From the NCBI GenBank assembly GCA_964572055.1, contig CAZNDY010000002.1, positions 5,555 through 68,660 on the forward strand: a DNA stretch of 63,106 bases. The letters are read 5' to 3'. Below are positions 43,022 to 51,376 of this stretch, in pieces. The stretch comes from an uncultured Gammaproteobacteria bacterium (lineage in GTDB: Bacteria; Patescibacteriota; Patescibacteriia; Patescibacteriales; UBA12465). The translations under genes were made by a program, and so were the position numbers. Under the pieces are notes generated by a model that was given only the letters and a program-made list of their open reading frames with translations, ran no database searches and was not told where the DNA came from. Within the stretch, counting starts at the first letter, position 1. Every line of letters begins with the position of its first letter.

Positions 43022-43162
43022 ATTAAATAAAACAAATTAAAATAGTTAATTTTTTTAGCTATTTTTGCTTGTTTGTAAAAATAAATTTATTAATAATTAA
43101 TGTAAACGGCTGGTTGCCTTTGAGGCAAGTAACTCCGAAAGGAGGTCGTGTTTTCAAAAAAA

Positions 43163-44350
43163 ATGGCAGACAAATTTGAACGAAGTAAGCCTCATGTCAA
43201 CGTTGGAACGGTTGGTCACGTTGATCATGGGAAAACAACTTTGACAGCGGCTATCTTAACAGTAGCCAATGCTCAGGGTATGAAAGCAACTCAAAGAGGA
43301 GTTGACGAGATTGATAATGCCCCTGAAGAAAAACAGAGAGGTATTACAATCGCTACCTCTCATCAAGAGTATGAAACAGAGGGTAGACACTATGCTCACG
43401 TTGATTGTCCTGGTCACGCTGATTATGTTAAAAACATGATCACTGGTGCCGCTCAAATGGATGGTGCTATCTTAGTGGTTTCAGCTACTGATGGTCCTAT
43501 GCCTCAAACTAGAGAGCACATCTTGTTGGCTCGTCAGGTTGGTGTTCCTTACATCGTTGTATTTTTAAATAAATGTGACATGGTAGAGGATAAAGAGTTA
43601 ATTGATTTAGTTGAAGAAGAAATTAAAGATTTATTAAAGAAATACGAGTTCCCTGGAGACACAACTCCAATTATCAGAGGTAGTGCTTTGAAGGCTTTAG
43701 AGAATCCAACAGGTCCAGATGCGCAACCAATAGCAGATTTACTTAAAGCTTTAGATGACTATATTCCAACTCCAGAGAGAGATTTGGACAAACCATTCTT
43801 AATGCCTATTGAGGATATTTTCTCAATTGAAGGAAGAGGAACTGTGGTAACTGGAAGAATTGAAAGAGGTGTTGTTAATGTTGGTGATGAAGTTGAGATT
43901 GTTGGTTTAATGGAAACAAAAAAGACAACAATTACTGGCGTAGAGATGTTTAACAAGTCTTTGGATAGAGGTGAGGCTGGTGATAATGCTGGTTTACTTT
44001 TAAGAGGTACTAAAAAAGACGAAGTAGAAAGAGGTCAGGTTTTGACAAAACCAGGAACAGTTACACCGCATACAGAATTTGAAGCTGAAGTTTATATTTT
44101 GGGTAAAGATGAAGGTGGAAGACATAAACCATTTTTCAAGGGTTATAAACCCCAATTCTACATCAGAACAACTGATGTAACTGGTGAAATTGAATTGCCA
44201 GCAGGAGTTGAAATGGTTATGCCTGGTGATACAGTTAATTTAAAAGTTAAATTAATTGCCCCTATCGCTCTTGAAGAAAAGCAAAGATTTGCTATTCGTG
44301 AAGGTGGTAGAACAGTTGGAGCTGGTGTTGTAGCTAAAATTATCAAATAA
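43163..44350 (+). CDS. tuf: translation elongation factor Tu
   Basis: [39 protein letters not shown]; ORF-track GTG 43148 is too close to GGAGG, ATG 43163 gives the canonical N-terminus. Confidence 0.96.
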   Translation: MADKFERSKPHVNVGTVGHVDHGKTTLTAAILTVANAQGMKATQRGVDEIDNAPEEKQRGITIATSHQEYETEGRHYAHVDCPGHADYVKNMITGAAQMDGAILVVSATDGPMPQTREHILLARQVGVPYIVVFLNKCDMVEDKELIDLVEEEIKDLLKKYEFPGDTTPIIRGSALKALENPTGPDAQPIADLLKALDDYIPTPERDLDKPFLMPIEDIFSIEGRGTVVTGRIERGVVNVGDEVEIVGLMETKKTTITGVEMFNKSLDRGEAGDNAGLLLRGTKKDEVERGQVLTKPGTVTPHTEFEAEVYILGKDEGGRHKPFFKGYKPQFYIRTTDVTGEIELPAGVEMVMPGDTVNLKVKLIAPIALEEKQRFAIREGGRTVGAGVVAKIIK

Positions 44351-44357
44351 ATATTTA

Positions 44358-44390
44358 GGCCCGTTTTTGAAAAAAGACGGGCTTATAATG
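44358..44390 (+). terminator. hairpin after tuf (weak terminator)
   Basis: GCCCGTTTTT-gaaa-AAAGACGGGC stem; the downstream T tract is short. Confidence 0.45.
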
Positions 44391-44433
44391 TTTATTTAAA
44401 ATAATTTATAATTTAAAATAAAATATAAAATTA

Positions 44434-44478
44434 AAATGTGCAGTATAGTGAAAAGATCTTTTAAATTGTTGCACATTT
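44434..44478 (+). promoter_or_regulatory. leader hairpin immediately upstream of rpsJ
   Basis: Perfect 9-bp inverted repeat AAATGTGCA ... TGCACATTT with a 27-nt loop, ending 14 nt before the rpsJ ATG. Confidence 0.4.
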
Positions 44479-44492
44479 AATCGTAAATCCAT

Positions 44493-44846
44493 ATGGCTGA
44501 AAGTAAAAAAAAGAACGTCAAGAAAGAGGGCGGTGAATCAAAAAGCAAAATTCGCATTAAGATTAAAGCTTTTGATCACAAAATAATTGATCAAGCGTCC
44601 AAAACTATTATTGAGACAGCTCTTAGAACTGATGCTCAAGTTTCAGGACCAGTTCCACTTCCTACTGAAAAAAGGAAATATACTGTTAATCGCTCAACTT
44701 TCGTGCATAAGAATGCTAGAGATCAGTATGAAATGAGAACACATAAAAGATTAATTGATATTATTGAACCATCAGCTAAGACTATTGAGGACTTGACAAG
44801 CTTATCTCTTCCTTCAGGGGTTGACTTAGAAATAAAAATGGATTAG
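44493..44846 (+). CDS. rpsJ: 30S ribosomal protein S10 (with ~19-aa K-rich N-terminal extension)
   Basis: [15 protein letters not shown]...VSGPVPLPT...[24 protein letters not shown]. Confidence 0.95.
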   Translation: MAESKKKNVKKEGGESKSKIRIKIKAFDHKIIDQASKTIIETALRTDAQVSGPVPLPTEKRKYTVNRSTFVHKNARDQYEMRTHKRLIDIIEPSAKTIEDLTSLSLPSGVDLEIKMD

Positions 44847-44855
44847 AATGTTACT

Positions 44856-44900
44856 GATACCACGTTAGTGGTTATCGTTTTGTTTATTTTGTATTTTTTT
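44856..44900 (+). terminator. intrinsic terminator-like hairpin after rpsJ
   Basis: GATACCAC-gtta-GTGG(T)TATC stem (one bulge) followed by GTTTTGTTTATTTTGTATTTTTTT. Confidence 0.55.
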
Positions 44901-45064
44901 AAAATAAATTAAATTGAAATTAATTGATTGTTTATTTTTTCGGAAACTCTTCTTTTAAAAATAAGAGGAAAGTCCCCTAAAGATTTATCAATCATTTTTA
45001 GAGGAGGTATTTTTTTCAACAAAAACAAATTTAAGCTTATACTTTGAATTATAAAGTTTTCGCT

Positions 45065-45095
45065 ACTGGTTTTTGTTGAGAACCAGTTTTTATTT
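45065..45095 (+). promoter_or_regulatory. attenuator-like terminator hairpin 24 nt upstream of rplC
   Basis: ACTGGTT-tttgttgag-AACCAGT followed by TTTTATTTTATT. Confidence 0.45.
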
Positions 45096-45118
45096 TATTA
45101 GATAATTTTTTAATATAT

Positions 45119-45955
45119 ATGAAATTTATACTAGGGAAAAAAATGAAAATGACTCAGATTTGGCAAGGGGATAAAGTTATTCCTTGTACTCTTGTTCAGG
45201 CTGGTCCTTGTTTTGTTACTCAAATTAAAAATGATAAGAGCGATTCTTATAAAGCTGTCCAGATTTCTTACGGAGAAAGAAAGTCTAAAAATATTTCTAA
45301 ATCAGTTAAGGGACACGTTAAAAAAGCTTTGGGTCGTGAGGATGTTAGATATTTAAGAGAGTTCAGGTTAAAAGAAGATAATTCAAATATAGAAATTGGA
45401 AAAATGATTGATGTTTCTACTTTTGCTAGTGGTGATATTGTTGATGTTACGGGAGTTTCAAAAGGAAAGGGGTTTCAAGGTGTTGTTAGAAGACATGGTT
45501 TTTCTGGTTCTAAAAAAACTCATGGTAACAAAGATCAATTAAGAGCATCTGGTTCTGTTGGCCCAAAAGGTCCAGCTCATGTATTTAAAGGAACTAAAAT
45601 GGGTGGAAGAATGGGCAATGACAGAGTGACTACTAAAAACATGGAAATTGTTGATATTGATTTAGAAAATAATATAATTTTTGTAAAAGGGGCTGTTCCA
45701 GGCGCTACAAACTCTCTAGTTATTATTAAGGGAGAAGGTGAATTACTTGTTAAAGACAATGTTAAAACAGAAAAAGTAAAAGAAACAAAAGAAGAAGTTG
45801 TTGAAAATAAAACAGAAGAAGTAGAAAACAAGACTGAAGAAAAAGCTGAAGAAAAAGCTGAAGAAAAAGCTGAAGAAAAAGCTGAAGAAAAAGCTGAAGA
45901 AAAAAAAGAAGAAAAAGTTGAAGAAAAAAAAGAGGAAGACTCAAGTAAGAAGTAA
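45119..45955 (+). CDS. rplC: 50S ribosomal protein L3 with ~70-aa K/E-rich C-terminal extension
   Basis: ILGKKMKMTQIW...GKGFQGVVRRHGF...; tail ...EEKAEEKAEEKAEEKAEEKAEEKKEEKVEEKKEE. Confidence 0.95.
   Translation: MKFILGKKMKMTQIWQGDKVIPCTLVQAGPCFVTQIKNDKSDSYKAVQISYGERKSKNISKSVKGHVKKALGREDVRYLREFRLKEDNSNIEIGKMIDVSTFASGDIVDVTGVSKGKGFQGVVRRHGFSGSKKTHGNKDQLRASGSVGPKGPAHVFKGTKMGGRMGNDRVTTKNMEIVDIDLENNIIFVKGAVPGATNSLVIIKGEGELLVKDNVKTEKVKETKEEVVENKTEEVENKTEEKAEEKAEEKAEEKAEEKAEEKKEEKVEEKKEEDSSKK
45836..45895 (+). repeat. perfect 12-nt tandem repeat x5 (GAAGAAAAAGCT) inside the rplC tail
   Basis: Five identical in-frame units encoding EEKA; degenerate units on both sides. Confidence 0.9.
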
Positions 45956-45993
45956 GTCTAAATATTTAATAAAATAAATTTGATATAAATCTT

Positions 45994-46656
45994 ATGTCTG
46001 TTAAAGTAAATATATATAATCAAAATGGTGAACAAACAGGAGAATTAAAACTTTCTGATAAGGTTTTTGCTTTGGAGGTTAATAATGATTTGGTTCACCA
46101 GGCGATGGTTGCCCAAACAGCTAATGAAAGACAAGTTTTAGCTCATACTAAAACAAAATCTGAAGTTCGCGGTGGTGGTAAGAAACCATGGAAACAAAAG
46201 GGAACTGGTAGAGCTAGAGCTGGTTCTAGTAGATCTCCTATCTGGGTTGGTGGTGGAGTTACTTTTGGCCCTAGAAAAGACCGTAATTTTTCTAAAAAGA
46301 TTAATAAAAAAATGAAGCAAAAAGCTTTGATGATGGTTTTTTCTGATAGAGTTAAAAATGATAATTTGTTGGTTGTTGATAAGGTTGAGATGGCTGAGTT
46401 TAAAACTAAACTTTTTAATGATTCACTAAAGAAAATTGAAAAGAATTTTAAAGGTTTTGATCCAAAGGGAAGAAGAAGTATTTTGTTTATAAATGACAGT
46501 AAAGATGTTAAGGTTCTTAATTCTGGACGTAATTTGTCAGGAGTCGAAATGATTAATTTGGAGAATATTAATATTGTTGATTTATTAAAAAATAGAAATT
46601 TGTTAATTTCAGAATCTGCTATTAAAAAAATTAACGAAAGATACTCAAAAGAATAA
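45994..46656 (+). CDS. rplD: 50S ribosomal protein L4
   Basis: RGGGKKPWKQKGTGRARAGSSRSPIWVGGGVTFGP. Confidence 0.95.
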   Translation: MSVKVNIYNQNGEQTGELKLSDKVFALEVNNDLVHQAMVAQTANERQVLAHTKTKSEVRGGGKKPWKQKGTGRARAGSSRSPIWVGGGVTFGPRKDRNFSKKINKKMKQKALMMVFSDRVKNDNLLVVDKVEMAEFKTKLFNDSLKKIEKNFKGFDPKGRRSILFINDSKDVKVLNSGRNLSGVEMINLENINIVDLLKNRNLLISESAIKKINERYSKE

Positions 46657-46675
46657 TTAAATTTTTTTTAAAAAT

Positions 46676-47131
46676 ATGGGAATATTTACTGCTAAAAAAA
46701 CAAATGATTCTGAAAACCAAGAAAAGGAAGTTATTGATTTAAACAAAGAAAAAAAAGTTAAAGAGGAGATGGTTAAAGAAGAAAAGTCAATGAAAGATCT
46801 TTATAATGAAGGTGATAAAAAGACCTCTAAGAAGGGGGTTAAAAATTCAGTAGCTTACAGGGTTTTAGTTAAGCCCTTGATAACAGAAAAGGCCGCTAAT
46901 CTTGCTTCTTTAAATCAATATGCTTTTGTTGTTTCTGCTTCAGCTAATAAAATAGATGTAGCCAAGGCCGTTTTTGAAGTTTACGGTGTAAAACCAGAAA
47001 AGGTTAATATTATTAAGGTTAAGGGGAAAGTTGTTAATAGAGGTAGAGTTACTGGCAAAAGAAAGGATTTTAAAAAAGCCTTAGTTAGTCTTAAAAAAGG
47101 TGATTCTATATCAATTTACGAAGGAGTTTAA
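46676..47131 (+). CDS. rplW: 50S ribosomal protein L23 with ~55-aa K/E-rich N-terminal extension
   Basis: LVKPLITEKAANL...YAFVVSASANKIDVAKAVFEVYGVKPEKVNI. Confidence 0.92.
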   Translation: MGIFTAKKTNDSENQEKEVIDLNKEKKVKEEMVKEEKSMKDLYNEGDKKTSKKGVKNSVAYRVLVKPLITEKAANLASLNQYAFVVSASANKIDVAKAVFEVYGVKPEKVNIIKVKGKVVNRGRVTGKRKDFKKALVSLKKGDSISIYEGV

Positions 47132-47153
47132 AATAATATAATTTATTAAGGAT

Positions 47154-47999
47154 ATGGCTATAAAAAAAACAAAACCAAATACACCAAAGAGACGTCATGC
47201 TACTTATGATGATTTTTCAGATATTTCTCGTAATGTATCTCCTGAAAAGAGACTTTTGAAAATAAAAAAGAAAAACAGTGGAAGAAATAATCAAGGTAAA
47301 ATTACAGTTAGACATCGTGGTGGTGGTGTAAAGAGATATATTAGATTGATTGATTTTAAGAGAGATAAATTTAATATCCCAGCAGTTGTAAAAACTATTG
47401 AATATGATCCAAATAGAGGTTCTCGTATTGCTTTAGTTTCTTATTTTGATGGTGATAAAAGATATATCGTAGCTCCAGTTGGCTTGAAAGTTGGTGATAA
47501 AATAGTTAGCTCTAAAGAATTAGTTGAAATAAAAGCAGGCAATGCTATGCCCCTTAAATTTATACCAGCTGGTATTTCCGTTCATAATATAGAAATAGAG
47601 CCAGGTATGGGTGCTAAAATTGCTAGAGGCGCCGGAAATGCCGTTTCTATCATGGGTATTGAAGGTAAGTATGCTCAAGTTAAAATGCCATCAGGAGAAA
47701 TTCGTTTAATCAAAAAGGAGTCTCTTTGTACTGTTGGACAGGTTAGCAATCCAGATAAAATGCATATTAAAATTGGTTCAGCTGGTAGAAAAAGACTTTT
47801 AGGAATAAGGCCAACAGTTAGAGGTACTGCTATGAATCCAAATGATCACCCTCATGGTGGTGGAGAAGGAAAACAATCTATTGGTCTTAAGGGCCCAAAA
47901 ACAAAATGGGGAAAACCAGCATTAGGTGTTAAAACTAGAAAAAAAAGAAGATCTAATAAATTGATTGTTAAAAGGAGACCTTCTAAAAAGAAGAAATAA
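47154..47999 (+). CDS. rplB: 50S ribosomal protein L2
   Basis: RHRGGGVKRYIRLIDF...GTAMNPNDHPHGGGEG. Confidence 0.96.
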   Translation: MAIKKTKPNTPKRRHATYDDFSDISRNVSPEKRLLKIKKKNSGRNNQGKITVRHRGGGVKRYIRLIDFKRDKFNIPAVVKTIEYDPNRGSRIALVSYFDGDKRYIVAPVGLKVGDKIVSSKELVEIKAGNAMPLKFIPAGISVHNIEIEPGMGAKIARGAGNAVSIMGIEGKYAQVKMPSGEIRLIKKESLCTVGQVSNPDKMHIKIGSAGRKRLLGIRPTVRGTAMNPNDHPHGGGEGKQSIGLKGPKTKWGKPALGVKTRKKRRSNKLIVKRRPSKKKK

Positions 48000-48019
48000 A
48001 ATAATTTAATTATAATATT

Positions 48020-48307
48020 ATGGCAAGAAGTTTAAAAAAAGGACCATACATTAATCAAAGAATATTGGCAAAAATAAAAGCAATGTCTCCAGAAGATAAA
48101 ACTGTTATTAAGGTTTGGGACAGGGCTTGTACAATAACACCAGAAATGGTTGGTAAAACTATTGGGGTCCACAACGGTAAACAGCATGTTCCAGTTTACA
48201 TTGTAGAAAATATGGTTGGTCATAAATTGGGAGAGTTTTCTATTACTAAAAAATTTGTTGGACATGGAGGAAAAATGGCAAAAGCCCAATCTCAAGGAAA
48301 AAAATAA
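48020..48307 (+). CDS. rpsS: 30S ribosomal protein S19
   Basis: [11 protein letters not shown]...[14 protein letters not shown]...MVGHKLGEF. Confidence 0.95.
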   Translation: MARSLKKGPYINQRILAKIKAMSPEDKTVIKVWDRACTITPEMVGKTIGVHNGKQHVPVYIVENMVGHKLGEFSITKKFVGHGGKMAKAQSQGKK

Positions 48308-48335
48308 TTAACTAATATCATAATATATTAAAAAT

Positions 48336-48860
48336 ATGGAAGTTAGAGCCAGTTTAAAACATTTAAGAGTAGCTCCAAGAAAAGCCAGATTGGTTTCCGG
48401 TTTAGTCCGTGGTTTGGATGTTAATAAAGCTGCTAATCAATTGAAATTTTTAAATAAAAAATCAGCTAAACCGATGTTAAAATTATTAGAATCAGCGGTT
48501 GCTAATGCTATTAATAATTATGATTTAGATAGAAATAATTTAATTATCAAGGAAATTAAAGTTGATGAAGGACGTGTTCTTAAGAGATGGTTGCCAAGGG
48601 CTCATGGTAGAGCTACTATTTTAAGGAAAAAAATGAGTCATGTTACAATCATCTTGTCTGAAATAGTTGACAGTGGCAAGAAAGAGCCTAAAAAAGTTAA
48701 AGTAGAGGCACCGGTTAAGTTAGATGAGGTTGCTAAGGAAGCTAAAAAAAATAAAAAAGAAGATAAGGTAGATAAGGATATAGATAAGAACGTAAAAGGT
48801 GATGTTAAATCTTCTAATAAAAGTTTTGCTAACAAAGTTTTTAGAAGAAAAGCTGGTTAA
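48336..48860 (+). CDS. rplV: 50S ribosomal protein L22 with ~60-aa K-rich C-terminal extension
   Basis: LRVAPRKARLVSGLVRG...ANAINNYDLD...RAHGRATILRKKMSHVTI. Confidence 0.93.
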   Translation: MEVRASLKHLRVAPRKARLVSGLVRGLDVNKAANQLKFLNKKSAKPMLKLLESAVANAINNYDLDRNNLIIKEIKVDEGRVLKRWLPRAHGRATILRKKMSHVTIILSEIVDSGKKEPKKVKVEAPVKLDEVAKEAKKNKKEDKVDKDIDKNVKGDVKSSNKSFANKVFRRKAG

Positions 48861-48891
48861 TATTGATTAAAAATTTTATTTAATAAAAAAT

Positions 48892-49551
48892 ATGGGTAAA
48901 AAAGTAAATCCAAAAATACTAAGAATGGGAATTACCAAGACTTGGCCTTCAACTTGGTTTAGTGCTGGTAACAACTATATCAAAAATGTTAAGCAAGATG
49001 TTTTGATTAGAAAATATATTTTAAAAGAATTTAGAGAGGCTGGTATTGATAGAGTAGAGATTGGTAGGGATTCCGGTAAAATCACAATGGATATTTACAC
49101 AGGAAAACCTGGTGTTATTATTGGCAGAGGTGGTAATGGTGTTGAAGAGTTAAAAAGGAATATTCACCGAAAATTTTTAAGTAATCCAATGAAGGTTAGA
49201 TTGGATGATATGAATGTAAATATCAAAGAGGTTGAAAACCCTAATTTAAGTGCTCAAATCAATGTTCAGGCAATGGCTTTAGAAATAGAAAAGAGAGTTC
49301 CTTTTAGAAAGGTTATGAAACAAGCCATTTCTAGAATAGAAAGAGCTGGTGCTTTGGGTGTTAAAGTGGTTGTTGCTGGTCGTCTTAATGGTGCTGAAAT
49401 TGCTAGATCTGAAAAATTGATTTTTGGTAAATTACCACTTAGTACTCTAAGAGCTAATATTGATTATGCCAGAGGAGCAGCTAATACTACTTATGGGGCT
49501 ATTGGTATCAAGGTTTGGATATACAAAGGTGAAATTTTTAAGAAAAAATAA
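48892..49551 (+). CDS. rpsC: 30S ribosomal protein S3
   Basis: [23 protein letters not shown]...[10 protein letters not shown]...[10 protein letters not shown]. Confidence 0.95.
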   Translation: MGKKVNPKILRMGITKTWPSTWFSAGNNYIKNVKQDVLIRKYILKEFREAGIDRVEIGRDSGKITMDIYTGKPGVIIGRGGNGVEELKRNIHRKFLSNPMKVRLDDMNVNIKEVENPNLSAQINVQAMALEIEKRVPFRKVMKQAISRIERAGALGVKVVVAGRLNGAEIARSEKLIFGKLPLSTLRANIDYARGAANTTYGAIGIKVWIYKGEIFKKK

Positions 49552-49567
49552 TTTATGATTATTAATT

Positions 49568-49594
49568 AAGATTCTTGAAATATTCAGGATTCTT
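49568..49594 (+). repeat. 27-nt hairpin repeat unit (rpsC-rplP spacer, unit 1)
   Basis: AAGATTCTTGAAATATTCAGGATTCTT followed by AAA; arms pair with one mismatch. Confidence 0.55.
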
Positions 49595-49630
49595 AAATAG
49601 TTTTGGAAATATAAAATTAAAAAACAATCT

Positions 49631-49657
49631 AAGGATCTCGGTGATCTCAAGAATCTT
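49631..49657 (+). repeat. 27-nt hairpin repeat unit (rpsC-rplP spacer, unit 2)
   Basis: AAGGATCTCGGTGATCTCAAGAATCTT followed by AAA; ends 11 nt before the rplP ATG. Confidence 0.5.
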
Positions 49658-49668
49658 AAACAAAAAAT

Positions 49669-50076
49669 ATGTTAATGCCAAAAAAAACTAAACATAGAAA
49701 GATGCATAAAGCCAAAAGAGGTGGTAAGGCCAGTAGTTTACTTAATGTTGATTTTGGGTCTTATGGCTTAAAGAGTATGGAGGCTTGTTGGATTACTTCT
49801 CGTCAGATTGAGGCTGCTAGAAGAGTTATTGCTAAATACACCAAAAAGAATGGTAAAATTTGGATTAGAATTTTTCCCGATAGATCAGTTACTCAGAAAG
49901 GTGGAGAAATACCTATGGGTAAAGGAAAGGGAGCGGTTGATCATTATATTTGTCCAGTAAAGCCGGGAATGATTATGTATGAGATTGATGGTTTAACAGA
50001 GGAGCAATCATTGCAAGCTTTAAACTTGGCTGCTTATAAGTTGCCAGTTAAATGTAAGATTGTTAAAAAAGATTAA
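49669..50076 (+). CDS. rplP: 50S ribosomal protein L16
   Basis: MLMPKKTKHRKMHKAKRGG...RQIEAARRVI...RIFPDRSVTQKGGEIPMGKGKG. Confidence 0.95.
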   Translation: MLMPKKTKHRKMHKAKRGGKASSLLNVDFGSYGLKSMEACWITSRQIEAARRVIAKYTKKNGKIWIRIFPDRSVTQKGGEIPMGKGKGAVDHYICPVKPGMIMYEIDGLTEEQSLQALNLAAYKLPVKCKIVKKD

Positions 50077-50098
50077 TTATAAAATAAATAATTAAAAT

Positions 50099-50326
50099 AT
50101 GGATTTAAAAGAATTAAAAACGAAAAAAGACTCAGAACTTCATTCTTTGCTTGCTAAGTGGAGGGAAGAGTTGAGAGAACTTAGATTCAAGGACTCTAAT
50201 CGTCAGTTGAAAAATATTAGGGAAATTAGAAATATTAGAAAGAATGTTGCTCAAGTTTTGACTTTGTTGAATTCTGATAAAAACTCTGTTGATATAGAAA
50301 ATAATAAAAATGAAGAGAATAAATAA
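50099..50326 (+). CDS. rpmC: 50S ribosomal protein L29
   Basis: LKELKTKKDSELHSLLAKWREELRELRFK...; operon position. Confidence 0.88.
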   Translation: MDLKELKTKKDSELHSLLAKWREELRELRFKDSNRQLKNIREIRNIRKNVAQVLTLLNSDKNSVDIENNKNEENK

Positions 50327-50334
50327 AAAATAAT

Positions 50335-50592
50335 ATGGAAAATAAAAAAGAAGCTAAAAAAGTTATTAGAAAAAAATTCTCAGGATTGGTTGTCAGTGAC
50401 AAATCTGACAAAACTATTCTTGTTTCTGTTGATATTACTAAAATCAATAAAAAATATCAGAAAAGGTATGTTTCTAGTAAGAAATATAAAGTTCATGATG
50501 AGGAAAATAGATTTAAAACAGGGGATAAGGTTTCTTTTGTAGAATGTCGTCCAATTAGTAAGGATAAAAAATGGAGAGTTATTTATAGCTAA
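50335..50592 (+). CDS. rpsQ: 30S ribosomal protein S17
   Basis: [18 protein letters not shown]...[32 protein letters not shown]. Confidence 0.92.
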   Translation: MENKKEAKKVIRKKFSGLVVSDKSDKTILVSVDITKINKKYQKRYVSSKKYKVHDEENRFKTGDKVSFVECRPISKDKKWRVIYS

Positions 50593-50624
50593 TAATTTTA
50601 ATTGTTTTTAAATATTATAAATAT

Positions 50625-50996
50625 ATGATACAAGTAGAAAGTCGATTAAAAGTTGCTGATAATACCGGAGCTAAAGAAGTTTTGTGTATTAGAGTTTTGG
50701 GTGGTTATAAAAAGAGATATGCCACTGTTGGTGATATTATTGTGGCTACTGTTAAGTCAGCTAGTCCTCATATGCCTATTAAAAAAAGTGATGTTCTTAG
50801 AGCCGTTGTTGTTAGAACAAAAAAAGAAATTAGACGCAAAGATGGCAGTTATTTAAGGTTTGATGACAATGCTTGTGTTGTTATTGATAAAGAAAAAAAG
50901 GAGCCAAAGGGGACACGTATTTTTGGTCCAGTAGCCAGAGAAGTCAGAAGAGCTGGTTTTACTAAGATAGCTTCTTTAGCCCCAGAGGTTTTATAA
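50625..50996 (+). CDS. rplN: 50S ribosomal protein L14
   Basis: [27 protein letters not shown]... Confidence 0.96.
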   Translation: MIQVESRLKVADNTGAKEVLCIRVLGGYKKRYATVGDIIVATVKSASPHMPIKKSDVLRAVVVRTKKEIRRKDGSYLRFDDNACVVIDKEKKEPKGTRIFGPVAREVRRAGFTKIASLAPEVL

Positions 50997-51026
50997 TTTT
51001 TGATTTATTAAATTAAATTTTTTGAT

Positions 51027-51353
51027 ATGAAGATAAAAAAAGGAGATAAAGTTAAAATATTAGCCGGAAAGGATAGTGGTAAAACTGGAAAAGTTTTACA
51101 AATTTTTCCTAAAGAAGGAAGAGTTAGTGTTGAAGGTTTGAATATTTTAATTAAACATTTAAGACCACAAAAACAAGGAGAAAAAGGACAAAGAATTGAA
51201 TTTCCTGGTTTAATTAATATTTCAAATGTTGCCTTAATTTGCCCTAAATGTGGTAAAAACACTAGAGTTTCTTATAAAATAGGTGAAAAGAACGCTGATT
51301 CAAGTGTCAAAAAATTTAGAGTTTGTAAAAAATGTGGAGAAACCATAGATTAA
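51027..51353 (+). CDS. rplX: 50S ribosomal protein L24 (Cys4 zinc-ribbon variant)
   Basis: MKIKKGDKVKILAGKDSGKTGKVL KOW motif; CPKCG...CKKCG as in Thermus-type L24. Confidence 0.93.
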   Translation: MKIKKGDKVKILAGKDSGKTGKVLQIFPKEGRVSVEGLNILIKHLRPQKQGEKGQRIEFPGLINISNVALICPKCGKNTRVSYKIGEKNADSSVKKFRVCKKCGETID

Positions 51354-51376
51354 TTAAAATATATTAAAATAATAGT

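Noticed and set aside
45001-45007. Strong Shine-Dalgarno-like GAGGAGG in the rpsJ-rplC spacer, suggesting a hidden small gene
   Set aside because: No ATG, GTG or TTG lies within 5-12 nt downstream. The only reading (from ATT) gives 12 codons. It more likely forms part of the spacer RNA structure.
45762-45944. 60-aa minus-strand ORF (MSLPLFFLQLFLLFFLQLF...) and the 12-nt tandem array considered as a possible CRISPR-like or independent repeat locus
   Set aside because: The array lies in frame within the rplC tail and has no spacers. The antisense ORF is simply the reverse reading of the GAAGAAAAAGCT repeat.
51027-51353. Cys4 zinc ribbon in L24 as a novelty
   Set aside because: The same CPxCG...CxxCG arrangement is known in L24 of Thermus and other lineages, so it is a known variant.
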